From: Bugula neritina
Lineage: Eukaryota; Animalia; Bryozoa
DNA length: 64,000 nucleotides
Assembly: GCA_964035545.1 (NCBI GenBank)
Contig: OZ037766.1
Coordinates: 16,234,722 to 16,298,721 of the forward strand
Reading direction: 5' to 3'
Of this stretch, positions 12,801 to 25,200 are shown piece by piece; the first letter of the stretch is position 1, and the number at the start of each line of letters is the position of its first letter. The notes under the pieces are model-generated. The model was not told the DNA's origin and made no database searches. It was given only the letters and a program-made list of their open reading frames with translations. Made by a program: the position numbers and the translations under genes.

Positions 12801-15800
12801 GCCATGACTGAATGTTTAGCTGAAGTAGGCAAGGAGTAAACAGTAGAGTGGCGGCTGGTTACTGGTGCTGGAAATAAAATAAAGCATTAGTCTGGCTCTG
12901 CTGGCAAATCTCAATAGTCTCAATTTTTATTACTGTCAAAAATTATTACTGTCATTCACATTCAATGCCATTCTAAAACTAGCTACTGCCTGCATAATTA
13001 CTATAATTGAATATCAATTTACAAACTAAAAAACAGCACAGATAGGCTCCACTCCAGGATACAGACAAATGGTTGCTGACAGAAATATACCAAACATAAT
13101 GGTAGTAACAAAATGCAAGATCAGTTTGGACATTTGAGAGATTCAACAAGATCACCCAGTGATATGGATAGTCTGCCAAAACAAGACTAGCTAAGCTAAT
13201 AATAAATAATATTGAGAACCTCTCAGGATTACATGCAGTTACTAGGACACAAAAACCAGCCAACCATTATAGAAATCCCATACGGTGTGTCTATAAATAG
13301 TAGCAGAAACATGCTAAATTGGCAGCATATTTACAACAACTAGAGTTCTTTCAATTTTCTGGGACAGGTCATATCCCCCACCCAAGAATAGAATTTTTTG
13401 ATGTTACAAATAAATGTTTACTTATTGATTTCAATATTCATAACCTATGGCAAATACTAATAGCAACTTATGTTTAGATGTACTAGTAATACTTAATGTT
13501 TGCATAGCATAAAGTAAATTTATCATCATGAATACTGCAAAATCTTCCTAATATTTTAATCACTAGACTTGTATTATTAATTATTGTGCTTATAAATTGT
13601 TATTGGCTTTAAAGTCATTTTATGTGGTTAATTTTAGTGCAGCTGTCCAAAGGCCTGGCCTCAGGACCGTGAGAATCACACGAAATCGTGTGACGATTTT
13701 CGAGAGTTATCCTATCGTTATGACCAGCCACACACTCGTCAGACGAAACACATAATAAGTCCGTGAATGAGTCTTGCACGAGATACAAACAGCAGAAAAT
13801 TTTCAAATAGAGAAACGTGGTAGAAATGAAATAATTACTGTTGCTAAAATTCTATTGACCAATCAAATGGTGCTTATCGTCGATTGTGATTTTTCGTCCA
13901 TCGTCATCGTTGTGTACACCCAACGAAGACGATTTCGTTTGAGTTCCCTCAAATTTTCTTGTACGATTGGTTTTTCGTGTCAAATAGACAACTTCGTGTA
14001 ATTCTCACGATCGTGAGGCCAGGCCTTAAGTCTAGTGTCATTTAGTAAAGTTGCTGCTTACCGTTGAAGCATAATCAGGTGTAACTTGTAAGAATATCAA
14101 CTAGTGATGCCTTCCCAGATGGGAGTGTTTCAAACCTCTAGATAAAAGGCCATGCATAGTACAACTATAAAAATTTGTGAGTGCAGAAAACTCCAATACT
14201 GAATAAACCCGCACTATACAGCAATAACATTCAGCATCACTTTCATTTCAACAGTGAATAGAGAGTATGCCCATTGTTGGAGTAATGTGACTATAATATG
14301 CGTGGAATCTGCTTACACTACATATGTTTGGCTATAATTAGGTGTTGTAGCCTATTCAGATGACAAAACTCTTCAGAAAGCCCGCTTCTTGATCAGTCTA
14401 GACTCTAGAGAAACTGCAAGCCTTGCAACTACTAATGACCTTTGATCAAAAATTTGCTAGAACTAAATTAATTCTTCCAACTTTGGTTTTATTATTACAT
14501 ATTCACTGGCTTTCCATGGATCGATCTCAAGCCGATCTCAGCAAGATCGATCCACGGAAAGATGCCAAAGATTGATCTCAGTCGATCTGAGCTGGTCGGT
14601 CTGTAGAGATCGAACTCAGATCGATCTCAAGGCGATAAGACCATGGAAAGACGCTGGATCGATCTGAGAAGTAGAAAAAGACTGCTTGCTACAATGTTGT
14701 CTGCTAATAAAAATAATAACTTATCGATAATTACTAAGCAAAGTACTTAATAATTATGATGGCCACCTTTTCAGATGCCAAAACTTTGACTTTCAGTACA
14801 ACAATCAGGAAAAATCAATTATATGCGGTAGAAGATAAAAAATGGGAGCATTTAAATTGAATTTAAATGACTATTAAAACTTAGTTTCATTAGCTATATG
14901 CTGTGTAATTTTAAGCCCAACAGTCCTGTAAGTGTATTAATAATCTGCAAGACAGCTATTAATTTTATATAAGCTGTCAAGCTAAGAAATTAAAAGTAAA
15001 ATTATTTTAAATTGGCCAAACTACTTAACACTAAAAGCTTTGCTTCGTATAGTTTATAGCTACAATTAAATTTTAGACTACGACAATCTTGTTTTGAACA
15101 GTAGTAGCTTTAATCAGTTAAATAGGTGAACAAATTATACTATTAAAGTACCCTTCACTTAAGAGGAGGTAACTCCGTGAGATCGATCTGACAATCTCAT
15201 GGAAAAACGATCGATCTGAGCACATTTCTTAGATCGATCTCAGCGAGATCGATCTGAGATCAATCTATGGAAAGCCGGTGATTAAATACTATAAATTAAA
15301 ATGAAACAAGATTGCTATTAAACTAATCTTCATTAGTTGCAATTATACTTCAATAAGTTTGAATAAATAATATTATGCATAAAATAGGTATAGTTCGATA
15401 TAGAATGTAATGCGACCTTCAATGTCGTTTTTTTAATAAAGAGTGCATTCATAATTATGGAGGATATTCTTTAAGAAACAAATGAATCTCATCATTAATG
15501 AATATAAAACTAACACAATAAACAGATACAAAAATGATCTGAATAATGAAACTGCCTATTTATAAATTTATAAACTAAATTGATACTCGTTGGCACAAAA
15601 TCATTGTTTTACATATGACCCGTGTTAACCAGTTCCAAAAAACCTTGCATATGTTTAAATTAGATTTATTTGAAAAAAGCAACGTTTAAAATAGAGTAAA
15701 CCATTCGGCAACAATGTTGATTAGTGAGCATTATAACAAATCAAAACTCCTTTAACCATGTTTACCTGAGAGTGTTTGAAGTTCCATATCTCCTGTGTTT

Positions 15801-16170
15801 TGCCTTGCTGCTTCTAACCGACGCTAGGAATTAAGAAAACTATTTGAAAGAAAATAGGTACTAAAAATGCAATGCGAATCGTAGGTAAGTAATTCTATAG
15901 GTTGATCAACAATTAATTATTAGTTGAGCAACAGTTAAAAAAACCGTTGCAATATTACTATTAAATCTATGACAATGATCCGTTAAATTCAAAACGACAA
16001 CTGTCCAATCCAATATATTACCTATAAAAATTTAATAGATACAATAAACAATGTTAACTAAAATCATGAAAGATAATTCAACATCATAAAATATTTCGAC
16101 CTACTCTAACTCTGTCCAGGTTCGCCTCTGTTTCGTTCACTATAGTAGTAAACTTCTTTTCCCAATCCAT
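6843..16170 (-). CDS. Uncharacterised coiled-coil protein (~343 aa), weakly CCDC159-like
   Basis: Phase-compatible exons 16170-16105, 15823-15766, 12867-12731, 12088-12007, 11372-11254, 9581-9431, 8429-8353, 7742-7651, 7396-7362, 7193-6984, 6847-6843 (stop); alternative end by splicing to 6409-6381. Protein MDWEKKFTTIVNETEANLDRVRRRLEAA...PIWATILEEKLSQQHKTIESLSKTVLFLQTEKEKQ...ELVSKVIDAKQVCHDEVEGARRDMDYYKTRM...SEDDIPV. CCDC159 resemblance is from memory and low confidence. Confidence 0.8.
11641..11955. mobile_element. hAT-like MITE (degenerate)
   Basis: Ends cagaggtgtccaac / gttggacagccttg are imperfect inverted repeats of the CAG(G)GG type; flanks tgctcaca/tgctgaag are a partially decayed 8-bp TSD. 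Confidence 0.6.
12184..12461. mobile_element. MITE with ~20-bp TIRs, TA flanks
   Basis: ccccctcattcacacttac / gtaagtgtgaatgagagg inverted pair; TA at 12182-12183 and 12462-12463. Confidence 0.7.
13651..14026. mobile_element. PIF/Harbinger-like MITE
   Basis: ~34-bp TIRs aggcctggcctcaggaccgtgagaatcacacgaa / ttcgtgtaattctcacgatcgtgaggccaggcct (3 mismatches); flanks caa/taa. Confidence 0.8.
14504..15280. mobile_element. Non-autonomous CACTA/CMC-like element with subterminal GATCGATCT repeats
   Basis: Termini cactggctttccatggatcgatctca / tgagatcaatctatggaaagccggtg; 3-bp TSD att on both sides; clustered gatcgatct motifs near both ends. Confidence 0.8.
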
Positions 16171-16335
16171 ATTTCTAGAATATAAATTTTAGTGTGTGTG
16201 TGTTGTGTGTGCGTGCGTGTAAGCGTGTACATATACCTATATATACCTATTCATACCTTCACACATCTACACAGTACACACACCCATCCACCCACACATG
16301 CACACACACACACACACTACATATTGTTGTGTTGA

Positions 16336-16420
16336 GATTCTCTAGTATAATGGTTAGCATGTTAGTACGCTAGCGTGCAAACTGGAAGTTTGCGGTTTAA
16401 TTCCCAGTGAAGACAGATAT
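16336..16420 (+). mobile_element. tRNA-derived SINE head or decayed tRNA pseudogene
   Basis: A-box-like tagtataatgg (16343-16353) and B-box-like ggtttaattcc (16394-16404) at tRNA-like spacing; no intact cloverleaf. Confidence 0.5.
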
Positions 16421-16984
16421 TTCACATATGTACTGGTATATAACACATATAATTTTAAATTTTACTTTTTTCAAAAAAATATTTGACTTTTATTTTGTCA
16501 ATATAATGAGAGAGTATTAATCATAATGATCAATGAAAATCATAATGGCCATGAAACTTTGTAAAGACCAAGTAGTAAATATTAATATTGTACTTATTAA
16601 ATCATAATTTCATCATTAAATTCAATACTTAATGGTAAATTTACTCATTCACATTGAGTATGACATTGGTCTTGGATTGAACTAAGACTAATAGTAGTAC
16701 AAACATTATACAGATAAATCATTTGGCGATGACTAATAAATCTAAAACCATTTAAAATACAATCACTATCAGTATTACAATCACAATGAGTATAGCAATC
16801 ACAGTGACAATCACATTGGCCAATAAATATAGGCTAAAAGTGAGGTAGACATTACACTTACCTCTATTTAGAAAGTAACTTACATTCTTTTACTACTGGC
16901 ATAGGTAAAAGTTACACTTAAAGTTAGTCTTACACTTACACTCACAGTAGTAAATGTATCTAACTATCCGACTTGCACTTAGCG

Positions 16985-17908
16985 TAGGGGCACACAATGT
17001 GGATTACCAGCGAGGACTACGTGCAGAAAATTTGTTTAGCCCAGAAAGGGCCCGTTATGTCCGAATTTTCATGCAGATGACATGCTGAGCAGAGAGTGCG
17101 GAAAGCTCGTGCGGGTTTGATCTAATTGGCTGGTTTTTATTAGTGAACACACTTTTTGAATTTCAATTCGCGCATTAATTTTAAGCGAACTAAATTAAAA
17201 CAGTTCTACATAGTTTGCATTTTCCGCCTTTATAACATCTAAAGTCGCTTTGCCAATGACGTAGATCAAAAAACGAACGCCTGTAGGCGAGCAGCAAAGT
17301 TAAACGCCAAGATCATTAGATAATAAATTTCTCCACCCACAACCAACGCAGTGTGTGGCAGGTCGTTCTCAGAACGAATTTTTAAGAATTTGGTCCCGCA
17401 TGCAGAAAATCCGCGTCATGTGACCCTAGCCAAAACATAAATCTTATGGCTAGTTAGCATAAAGCCACACGGCGCAGACTTTCCGCGTGGACCACATGCG
17501 GAAAATCTGTATAGCCTAAAAGTGGGCTGTTATGTGAGGATTTCAGACAGATTTCATGTAGATAACATGCTAAGAGGGCAGTGCAGAAAGCTTGTGCGAG
17601 TATGACCTAATTGGCTGTTTGCCATTAGCGAGCTCGCTTTTTGTGTTTTAATATGCAGTTAAATTTTCAGCGAACTGAATTGAAACATTTTCCTATAGCT
17701 TGCCTTTTCCGCTTTTATAATATCTAAAGTCACTTTACCAATGACGTAGATTTAAAAAGAATGCTTGTACACGAGCAGTAAAATTCAATGCAAATATCAT
17801 TGGCTAATAAATTTCCGCAGCCAACTCACTGTGTGTGGCAGGTCGTTCCCGCAACGGATTTTCACACATTTGGACCCGCATGCAGAAAATCTGTGCCGTG
17901 TGGCCCTA
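16985..17908. mobile_element. Two adjacent diverged copies (~445 bp each) of a PIF/Harbinger-like MITE
   Basis: Copies 16985-17428 and 17461-17908 align along their length (ctaattggctg, tctaaagtc, ccaatgacgtagat, gtgtgtggcaggtcgttc, cgcatgcagaaaatc) and end in gtg(a/g)cccta; ends resemble the element at 63608-63954. Confidence 0.8.
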
Positions 17909-18365
17909 CGCCTAAACTTTATATTCATATTGATAATTGTATTCAATTCAATATTAACTATCATCATTTTGCTCATAATGCTAACGAATATGAATATTAC
18001 TACCAGATTATGATCAACTAGTTCTCATTAACATTATGAGTATCATTATTATAATTATCACTCTGATTATTAGTATTATTATTACCATTAGTGTTATAAT
18101 TAGTAATCACTATTACTAGTAGTAATACCGTGTTAGTATTAGACTTAGTACTACTTTTAGTATCACCACGGGCCTGATCATCATTATGTGCAACTCTATT
18201 ACCACTAGTATCACCATGACCATGTGACACTGGGATTGAATGCCTATGGTGATTATGATACTAATTAGCATATTCATTGATTCAATATGATTAAATGAAA
18301 TTGATTAACATAATCATGTTGATGTTCGCTATGGTTATGATTATGAGTTTATCATCATTATGAAG

Positions 18366-18845
18366 CAGGGTTGGGGTCAATTACATGTGAATTTTTTTTA
18401 ATTACAATTACATAAAAATTTGTCAATTACAATTAAAAAGTAATGTAATTAATTAAAACTACTTTTGTTCTCACAAAGGATACATAGAAGTTATACAATC
18501 TCACTTCTAGGGTCCAACTATTAGAGGCAATTTTGACAGTGGTGAACCTCCTTTATTCTCAACAGTGATACTATACTACGTTGAATTAATCTGAACTTGT
18601 TATTTAACAGTAGGCATGGTGATGGTTGGAAAAGCATGAAATTTTTAAGATTTAAAAGTTTGAAGTAATTGACATGTAACTTTAAAGTAATTGTAAAAAT
18701 CAATTACATTAGCTATGTAATTAATTACAATTACTATTAGTGAATTACATTTATTTATATCAATTACAAATTACATTTAATTACTTGAAGAAATGTAATT
18801 AATTACAACCAATTACAATTACAAATTAAAATTACCCCAACCCTG
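18366..18845. mobile_element. hAT MITE with perfect 8-bp TSD
   Basis: TIR cagggttgggg / ccccaaccctg; TSD ttatgaag at 18358-18365 and 18846-18853; internal aattac repeats. Confidence 0.92.
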
Positions 18846-20192
18846 TTATGAAGTGATCATAAGCACTAGGCCTAGCAGTTGCTGTTACTTCTTACTACTT
18901 TCTAATAACTTCTAATTCTACTTCTAAGTATATTATCATATATCATTTTATTATTTGAATACAACTACTAGTACCGTAGTAGAACTATTAGTATTACTAG
19001 TACTGGTAGTAGTACTACTGCTAGTAGTACTAGCCAGTACTACTGCTAGTAGTACTAGCCCTCAAAAACTAAATGATAATAATTTTGGCTATGAGCAGTA
19101 TGAGTATTATATGACTATGAGCATCACTAGACACTATCAGTGTGAGTATGACTCTATAAGTGTGAGTATCTGAATTAATATGATTATCAATTTTAAAAAT
19201 CAATGACTTAAACTTAAATTTTAAGGGCCTTCAGCGAAATAAAAAAATATGTGTTTTAATTTGAGTAGAAGAGGAGGATAAACGGTCACTTAGTTGCAAA
19301 GGGTTAAAAACACTGAATTAAGTGCTATTACAAATATTAGACTTTAAGTTTAAAGGTATAATATCAATATTAATTTAAATTATATCTCTCCGTTTGGTTG
19401 AAGTCAATTTCAATTTGGCGTTCAGCTGAGCGCTCGCTAGAAGCTACGCAGATTGGGGGAGTCTTTATGCATGGAGCAGTAGGTACATGGAACGCAACCC
19501 CAACCTTAGTAAACATCAATTTTGTGCTGCTTCGAGCGTTGTTCATTCAAGTGCAGTAATGGGAAATGTCAGTAGCCTAAATTATTTACGAAAGTTTACT
19601 GGTTATTGACCAAGTTGCTGGCGCGAATAACTTGTCATATAAGCCGCTCCAAGTCGGGGGTAAATGAGTGCGGTAGTTTAAGTTCTTAAATTTAAGATTG
19701 AAGGTTTTACTAAACCCTCAACTCGGACGCAAGACCGTTAAACTACTGCACGCGACACCATCAACTCGGAGCTGCCTATAGAGTTATTTGTCGCGAATCC
19801 TTTGATATAATGGCTGTTGTGCTTTTACGTATTACGGGAGTTATTGTCCCATAACAAGACACCCAAACAACTCCAATAGTTGTGAATAGTAGTGATTAGT
19901 GAAGCATAACAATTCGGACGGCGCCAATAAAACTGTCGAAATTGAATTGATCTACAATGAGCCTATCAGAGAAAAATAGTAGTTTGGCCATATTATTTAA
20001 TTAATTCACAACCAGCTTTCCAAACAGAAGCAAAATCACAAGATAGTTATTTCAAATGATAGATAATGTGGTAATATCTATACAGTAATTTATTCGATTA
20101 TTGTTCTAACAGAGAAAATGCTATGTTTAAAAAGCGGCTTCGTACGCAAACTTAGCCATCGTCCTTCGAGAGAAATGCTATGGCTTCAGAAT

Positions 20193-20219
20193 ATGGCGTG
20201 ATCTCGCTAGCCAATCAGC
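20193..20219. promoter_or_regulatory. SRE-like element (ATCACGCCAT, minus strand) next to an NF-Y CCAAT box; probable LDLR-like promoter
   Basis: atggcgtgat 20193-20202 fits RTCACSCCAY; agccaatcag with CCAAT at 20211-20215; lies in a CpG-richer island upstream of a donor at 20425/20426. Confidence 0.55.
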
Positions 20220-22232
20220 TCGTTCAATCAATGAAACGCCGGTGCGGAATTTTACTACACACGTTGTACTATAGTAAATTACAGGACCTTAGTAGTGAAT
20301 GGCGAGCTCGCGGGAGATAAGGATTGAGGAAATTTTAAACATTCTGTCTAGTGATTTGCTGTTAGCAACAATATTGATAGGACAAACTTCTTACCACGCG
20401 TTTATCTCGATTTTCACTCTGTTAGGTAACGTTCGAAGATTATAACTATAAGTGTTAGTACAATTGCAGCTTAGATTCAGTATTATATTTATTCTTACAG
20501 TAAATGTAATACTAATACATTTACTAATCGTAATACAGTAATACTTATACTAATAGTAGATTTACTGATAGTGATAGTAATATTGGTATCCTTATAACTG
20601 TAACAGTAATAGTTTGCTTATATAAGCTGTCATCTGCCTCTGGACCTCATCCAGACTCTGGCGTTCTACTTCTAGAAAACAAATTGGCAAGGGGACCACG
20701 TTCATTGGAACTTGAAAGTATTATTCTCAGTCTGTACCAGTTAGTGTAGCTGTGTAACTCACTCTACAGTAAAGGTATAGTCTAACTCTATAAATTAATT
20801 ATAAGTATTACTATTAGTTGAGTAATATTGAATTAATAATTTAACAATTATGTTTATAATGTTGATATATTAATAATATTATTATTAACAATAACTAGGT
20901 AAGACTATGAAATTGAGTGATTGAAAGTGGTTGACTTTGCGATTGTATTTGTGATGCTAATTGTTGCTGTGCCTGTTTACTATTACTATTAGTATTAGTA
21001 TTACTGTTACGTGTTACTGGTACTGTTACTGTTAGTGCTACATTTACTGTTAAGTTTTGAAACACTTGCACTTGCTGTCATCATAATCATGTTCACTTGT
21101 TGCTTCTAGTAGTAGTTGCTTCATGCCTAGTCCTACATTAACATTAATATTGATGCTAATAGTACTTTAGTAGTTTGCTTTATATTTATACATGTTTTTA
21201 TACTTTGAGTTTGTAATTACTTCTACAATGTTGTTGTGCCAAGTCCAATATGAATATTCATATTGCTTAAAGTTGAAGTTAATCTAGTCGCTGGTAGTGG
21301 TTTAAGTAATATTAAGAATTGTAATAAATGTAAGTAAAACTAAATCAAAATGTATTAACAATTTAATAGTAATACTGACCCTATGAGTATGACTAAATGC
21401 AACAATTTATTAATATTAATACCTTATACAATACACTTACAGTGAATACTACTAATACTTGTACTTGTAGATGTATCCACAGTGAAAATGATAGTAAATG
21501 TTAGAATAAAGTGGTTATCAGTACATAATATATAGTATATCATTCACTATGTCATACAATTAATAATTACAATATCCATTGGCATGCTCATATTATTAAT
21601 CATTTAATGTACTATAATAATTATTAGTATTACTAAGCCCAAAGTGCTTCAAATTCGTGATTACTGGGTTGGGCAGCATCAGTGATACCTTTGTTTAAAT
21701 CATTTCTCAATAATGTGATCAAACGAAATTTTCAACCTCATCAATAAATAGATTTTTCTTGTTTTAATGCGGTGCATTGTAAACTGGTTACATACATGAT
21801 ACATCTATATATTTCTATACGTGTCTTACTTGACTAAAACTATTCTTCACATTCTAAATGAATGTTTTTAGCTGTGAGTATATAATCTTTTTTTGGAATT
21901 TTTACTGATGTGGCTATTGAGCTCAATCAACAAAATTAAATTGACACACTAGTGGAGAATGAATACTTGAAAATAAACTATGAAATTGGTTGAGATTTTC
22001 ATATTTTTTAACAGAGCTATGTATACTATAACCCCAGAATTGGAACAAATATCTTAAAACCATAAGTATAATGTCACACTATTTTAGTTCAGTGTGCCAT
22101 TCACTGCTAAAATTATCAACATGGATATTTTTGGAACAAGAAATACTAAATACCTCAAATCATCTACCCACAGATTTAGTAAGAGCTGTGTTTTATATTT
22201 TAGCCTAGTAACGTGACCACTTTTCACCCAAG

Positions 22233-25200
22233 ATGCAGAGCTCCTTGTTCTTGCTTTTCACACTAGGCGCAGCTGCTCTGGTTGTTTCTGCCAGCCCTAC
22301 AGTTGAACCACCAGGTTGGTTATTCAGCAAGCGATTCTTTAAAATGACACTATTTGGTTATCTCAGTGATTATAGGTAGCCTATTTCCTAACTTAGTTAT
22401 GTGCTGGTTTAATTTTTCTTCTGTCAAAATTTGCAGCGTGGTGCCCCTCACCATCTTATTTTTGCCACCGAAGTGACGAATGTAAACCAGCATATGTTAG
22501 ATGTGACGGAACTGTGCAATGCAGCGAGGGAGAAGATGAAGAAAATTGCTCAGGTAAAAATACACACCCTATTGAGAAATTCGAGAGCACGAATGCCAAG
22601 ATACAACAGCTAGCCACTAAACTATGTTATACTAGTTTCATTACAATAAGGTATAGCCTAACACGGTTTTTCTCATTGGCTAATGCAAACATCAGACCAT
22701 TCATTAGACCACTTATAATCGACTACGAAGCGATCACTATGAAGGGCTTATATGGCTAGACAACTCATGCTATGCTATGCTATGCTATGCTATGCTATGC
22801 TATGCTATGCTATGCTATGCTATGCAATCATTGCTAACATTTTGTGAATGAACATTCATAATGGCTGATGATTGTGTACTGTAGTTTGATTGAATTTGTG
22901 ACTTTGAGGATTCCCTTTACCTATATCATTATCCATAGGTCACTCTAGTCTGTTGGGAAATTTCTGGGGAATTCTAGTGGTGATTTGTAAACACAAAATT
23001 ACTGAAATCAAAGTTCACAGCTGATAATTCATTCAATAAGTTATGCAATGAATGGATAAATTTAAGGAACCTCTATATCATTGGCGCAGTAATCTTCAAG
23101 AATGTAATCAATGGTGTTATCTAGGTCTCCACATTTTGGCACGTGCCAAAAACACAGCACATGTAATGTAACACGTTGCGTCTATTCAAACTATTGCAAA
23201 TGTTTTGTTTTACAAAGAGACCACATGCAGTATATTGAAAAAATTTTGCTGTAAGCACTGAAAAGTAGAGTACGTGACCGTATCTGGTGTGTTAGTTTGT
23301 GTAACAATACCTTAATATTCTCAGTTTGATAACGTTATTATTGAGGTCGTCTAGAGGCAGGGCACCAAGCAACCAATCAGATGCTTTGTTTTGCTCACAC
23401 CACCTAAATCAATAATTTCCGTTGTGCTGCACGTTACTTGTATATTGGCACATGGCCAACTAATTATTGCACTGCTTTTATGTTGTGCAGTGTTCTGAAT
23501 GGCTTAAGGTTACGTGATTTCATTATGTAATGTCTGTATTAGTAGTGTTTGGCTTACTGCCAAGATAATTTTTAGGCTAATGCTTTTCCACAAGCAGCCT
23601 TTGCCTTTTTATTTTATAAATTTGCCAGAGGTGCATTTTTATAAGAATGCCTGCCATTTTAGGCATTTGGTTTCTCTTAGGTTGCCATCATGCTCTCTCT
23701 ACTGGCTTCATAGCATACTAAGAATAAATTATCTCCCTACATAGATTTTTCAAAACCCAATCTGCTGAATACATACACATATACATATATATAATGATGA
23801 GCTGATGTTTAGTTTTAGAGTGTACAGCTGAGAATGCTGCCTCCACAAATCAATTTTTTTGCAACACTACTGGCATATGCATTTCACTAACATGGAAATG
23901 TGACGGAACAGAAGACTGTGGAGGTGAAAACCCTGAAGATGAAGCTGATTGTACAGGTATTTAGATTGCCTTTTTTCAGTACTAATTTTAACTATACATA
24001 CATTTTCAACCTTTCCGCTTTTCACTTTAATTACCAACACCTTGTTTTAATCAGGTGCAAGTACTGATCTGAACTTTTTTGGATGTTTTGAGCAATTTAA
24101 AAACACCAATATTTAGCATTGAATAAAATTTCAAAAATTAATTATGAATTGAACTAGGCAGATAATTGGGTTATATATATTCTGCCGTCTACTCATTACT
24201 AAATAACTAATTTCAACAAAACTAGCTGCTCTCAATTGCTCCATTGAATTGTGTCTGATTTTGCTTATCCAATTAAACAAAAATTTCACCATCTCAACTT
24301 GACCAAAATGAGAGACAAACTTTGCTGCATTTTTTGTGGCCGCTAGTCTGCCTTGCATTAAACTTGAATTTCTTATATCTGTAGAAAACGTGCAGTGTTC
24401 AAATAATCAGTTTGATTGTGGAGACGGCCAGTGCATCGACTCGTCTTGGTATTGTGATGTGCAGGTGGACTGTAACAATGGCGCTGATGAAAGTTCATGT
24501 AAGTAGACTGTCTCTGGAAACTTAAAACTGATGGAGGTTGAATTTGATTGGCTATCGTTACAGTTAAATTTGTGACATTTAACATGTTTGATACGAATCT
24601 GTAGGTACTGCAACCTGTGCACCCAACCAGTTTGTCTGCAATGCGTCCACTCCAGTCGGCCATGTTCCTGAGTGTATCTCTGAGCAGTGGAGGTGTGATG
24701 GTGAGGAGGACTGTCCTAACGGGGAGGATGAGTGGGGCTGTGGGCCCAGAACTTGTCCAGAGGGTCGGTTCAACTGCTCAGCCGAGAACAAATGTATGCC
24801 AAACACTTGGAGGTGTGATGGGGACAGCGACTGTGCTTCAGGAGAAGACGAGAAAGACTGCCACATGGCCCAACCTGTGCCAAGCAGACAGTGCTCGGCC
24901 TTGGAGTTTCAGGTCAGTGCTGTAGCCGATGTAGTTTCAGCATCTTAGTGCGGAGAAGGTTATCGAAAGAAACCCCACTGATCAGAATGTCTCGTAGTTG
25001 CGTGATGTCAAAGAATGCACCAGTAGATTTATGCCATTTTCTAATCTGTGACTCATATTACTTGTAGTGCGAGATACCACTTCCGTCAGCCTGTATTGTT
25101 GGAGCGTGGAAATGTGACGGGGAAGATGATTGTGTGGATGGGTCAGATGAGAAAGATTGTCCTGCTAGAGCTACTTGCACTGACTCGGAGTTTGCATGTG

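Noticed and set aside
16336-16420. Functional tRNA gene
   Set aside because: B box is mutated, D-arm region is duplicated and no acceptor stem closes; treated as a SINE-like relic.
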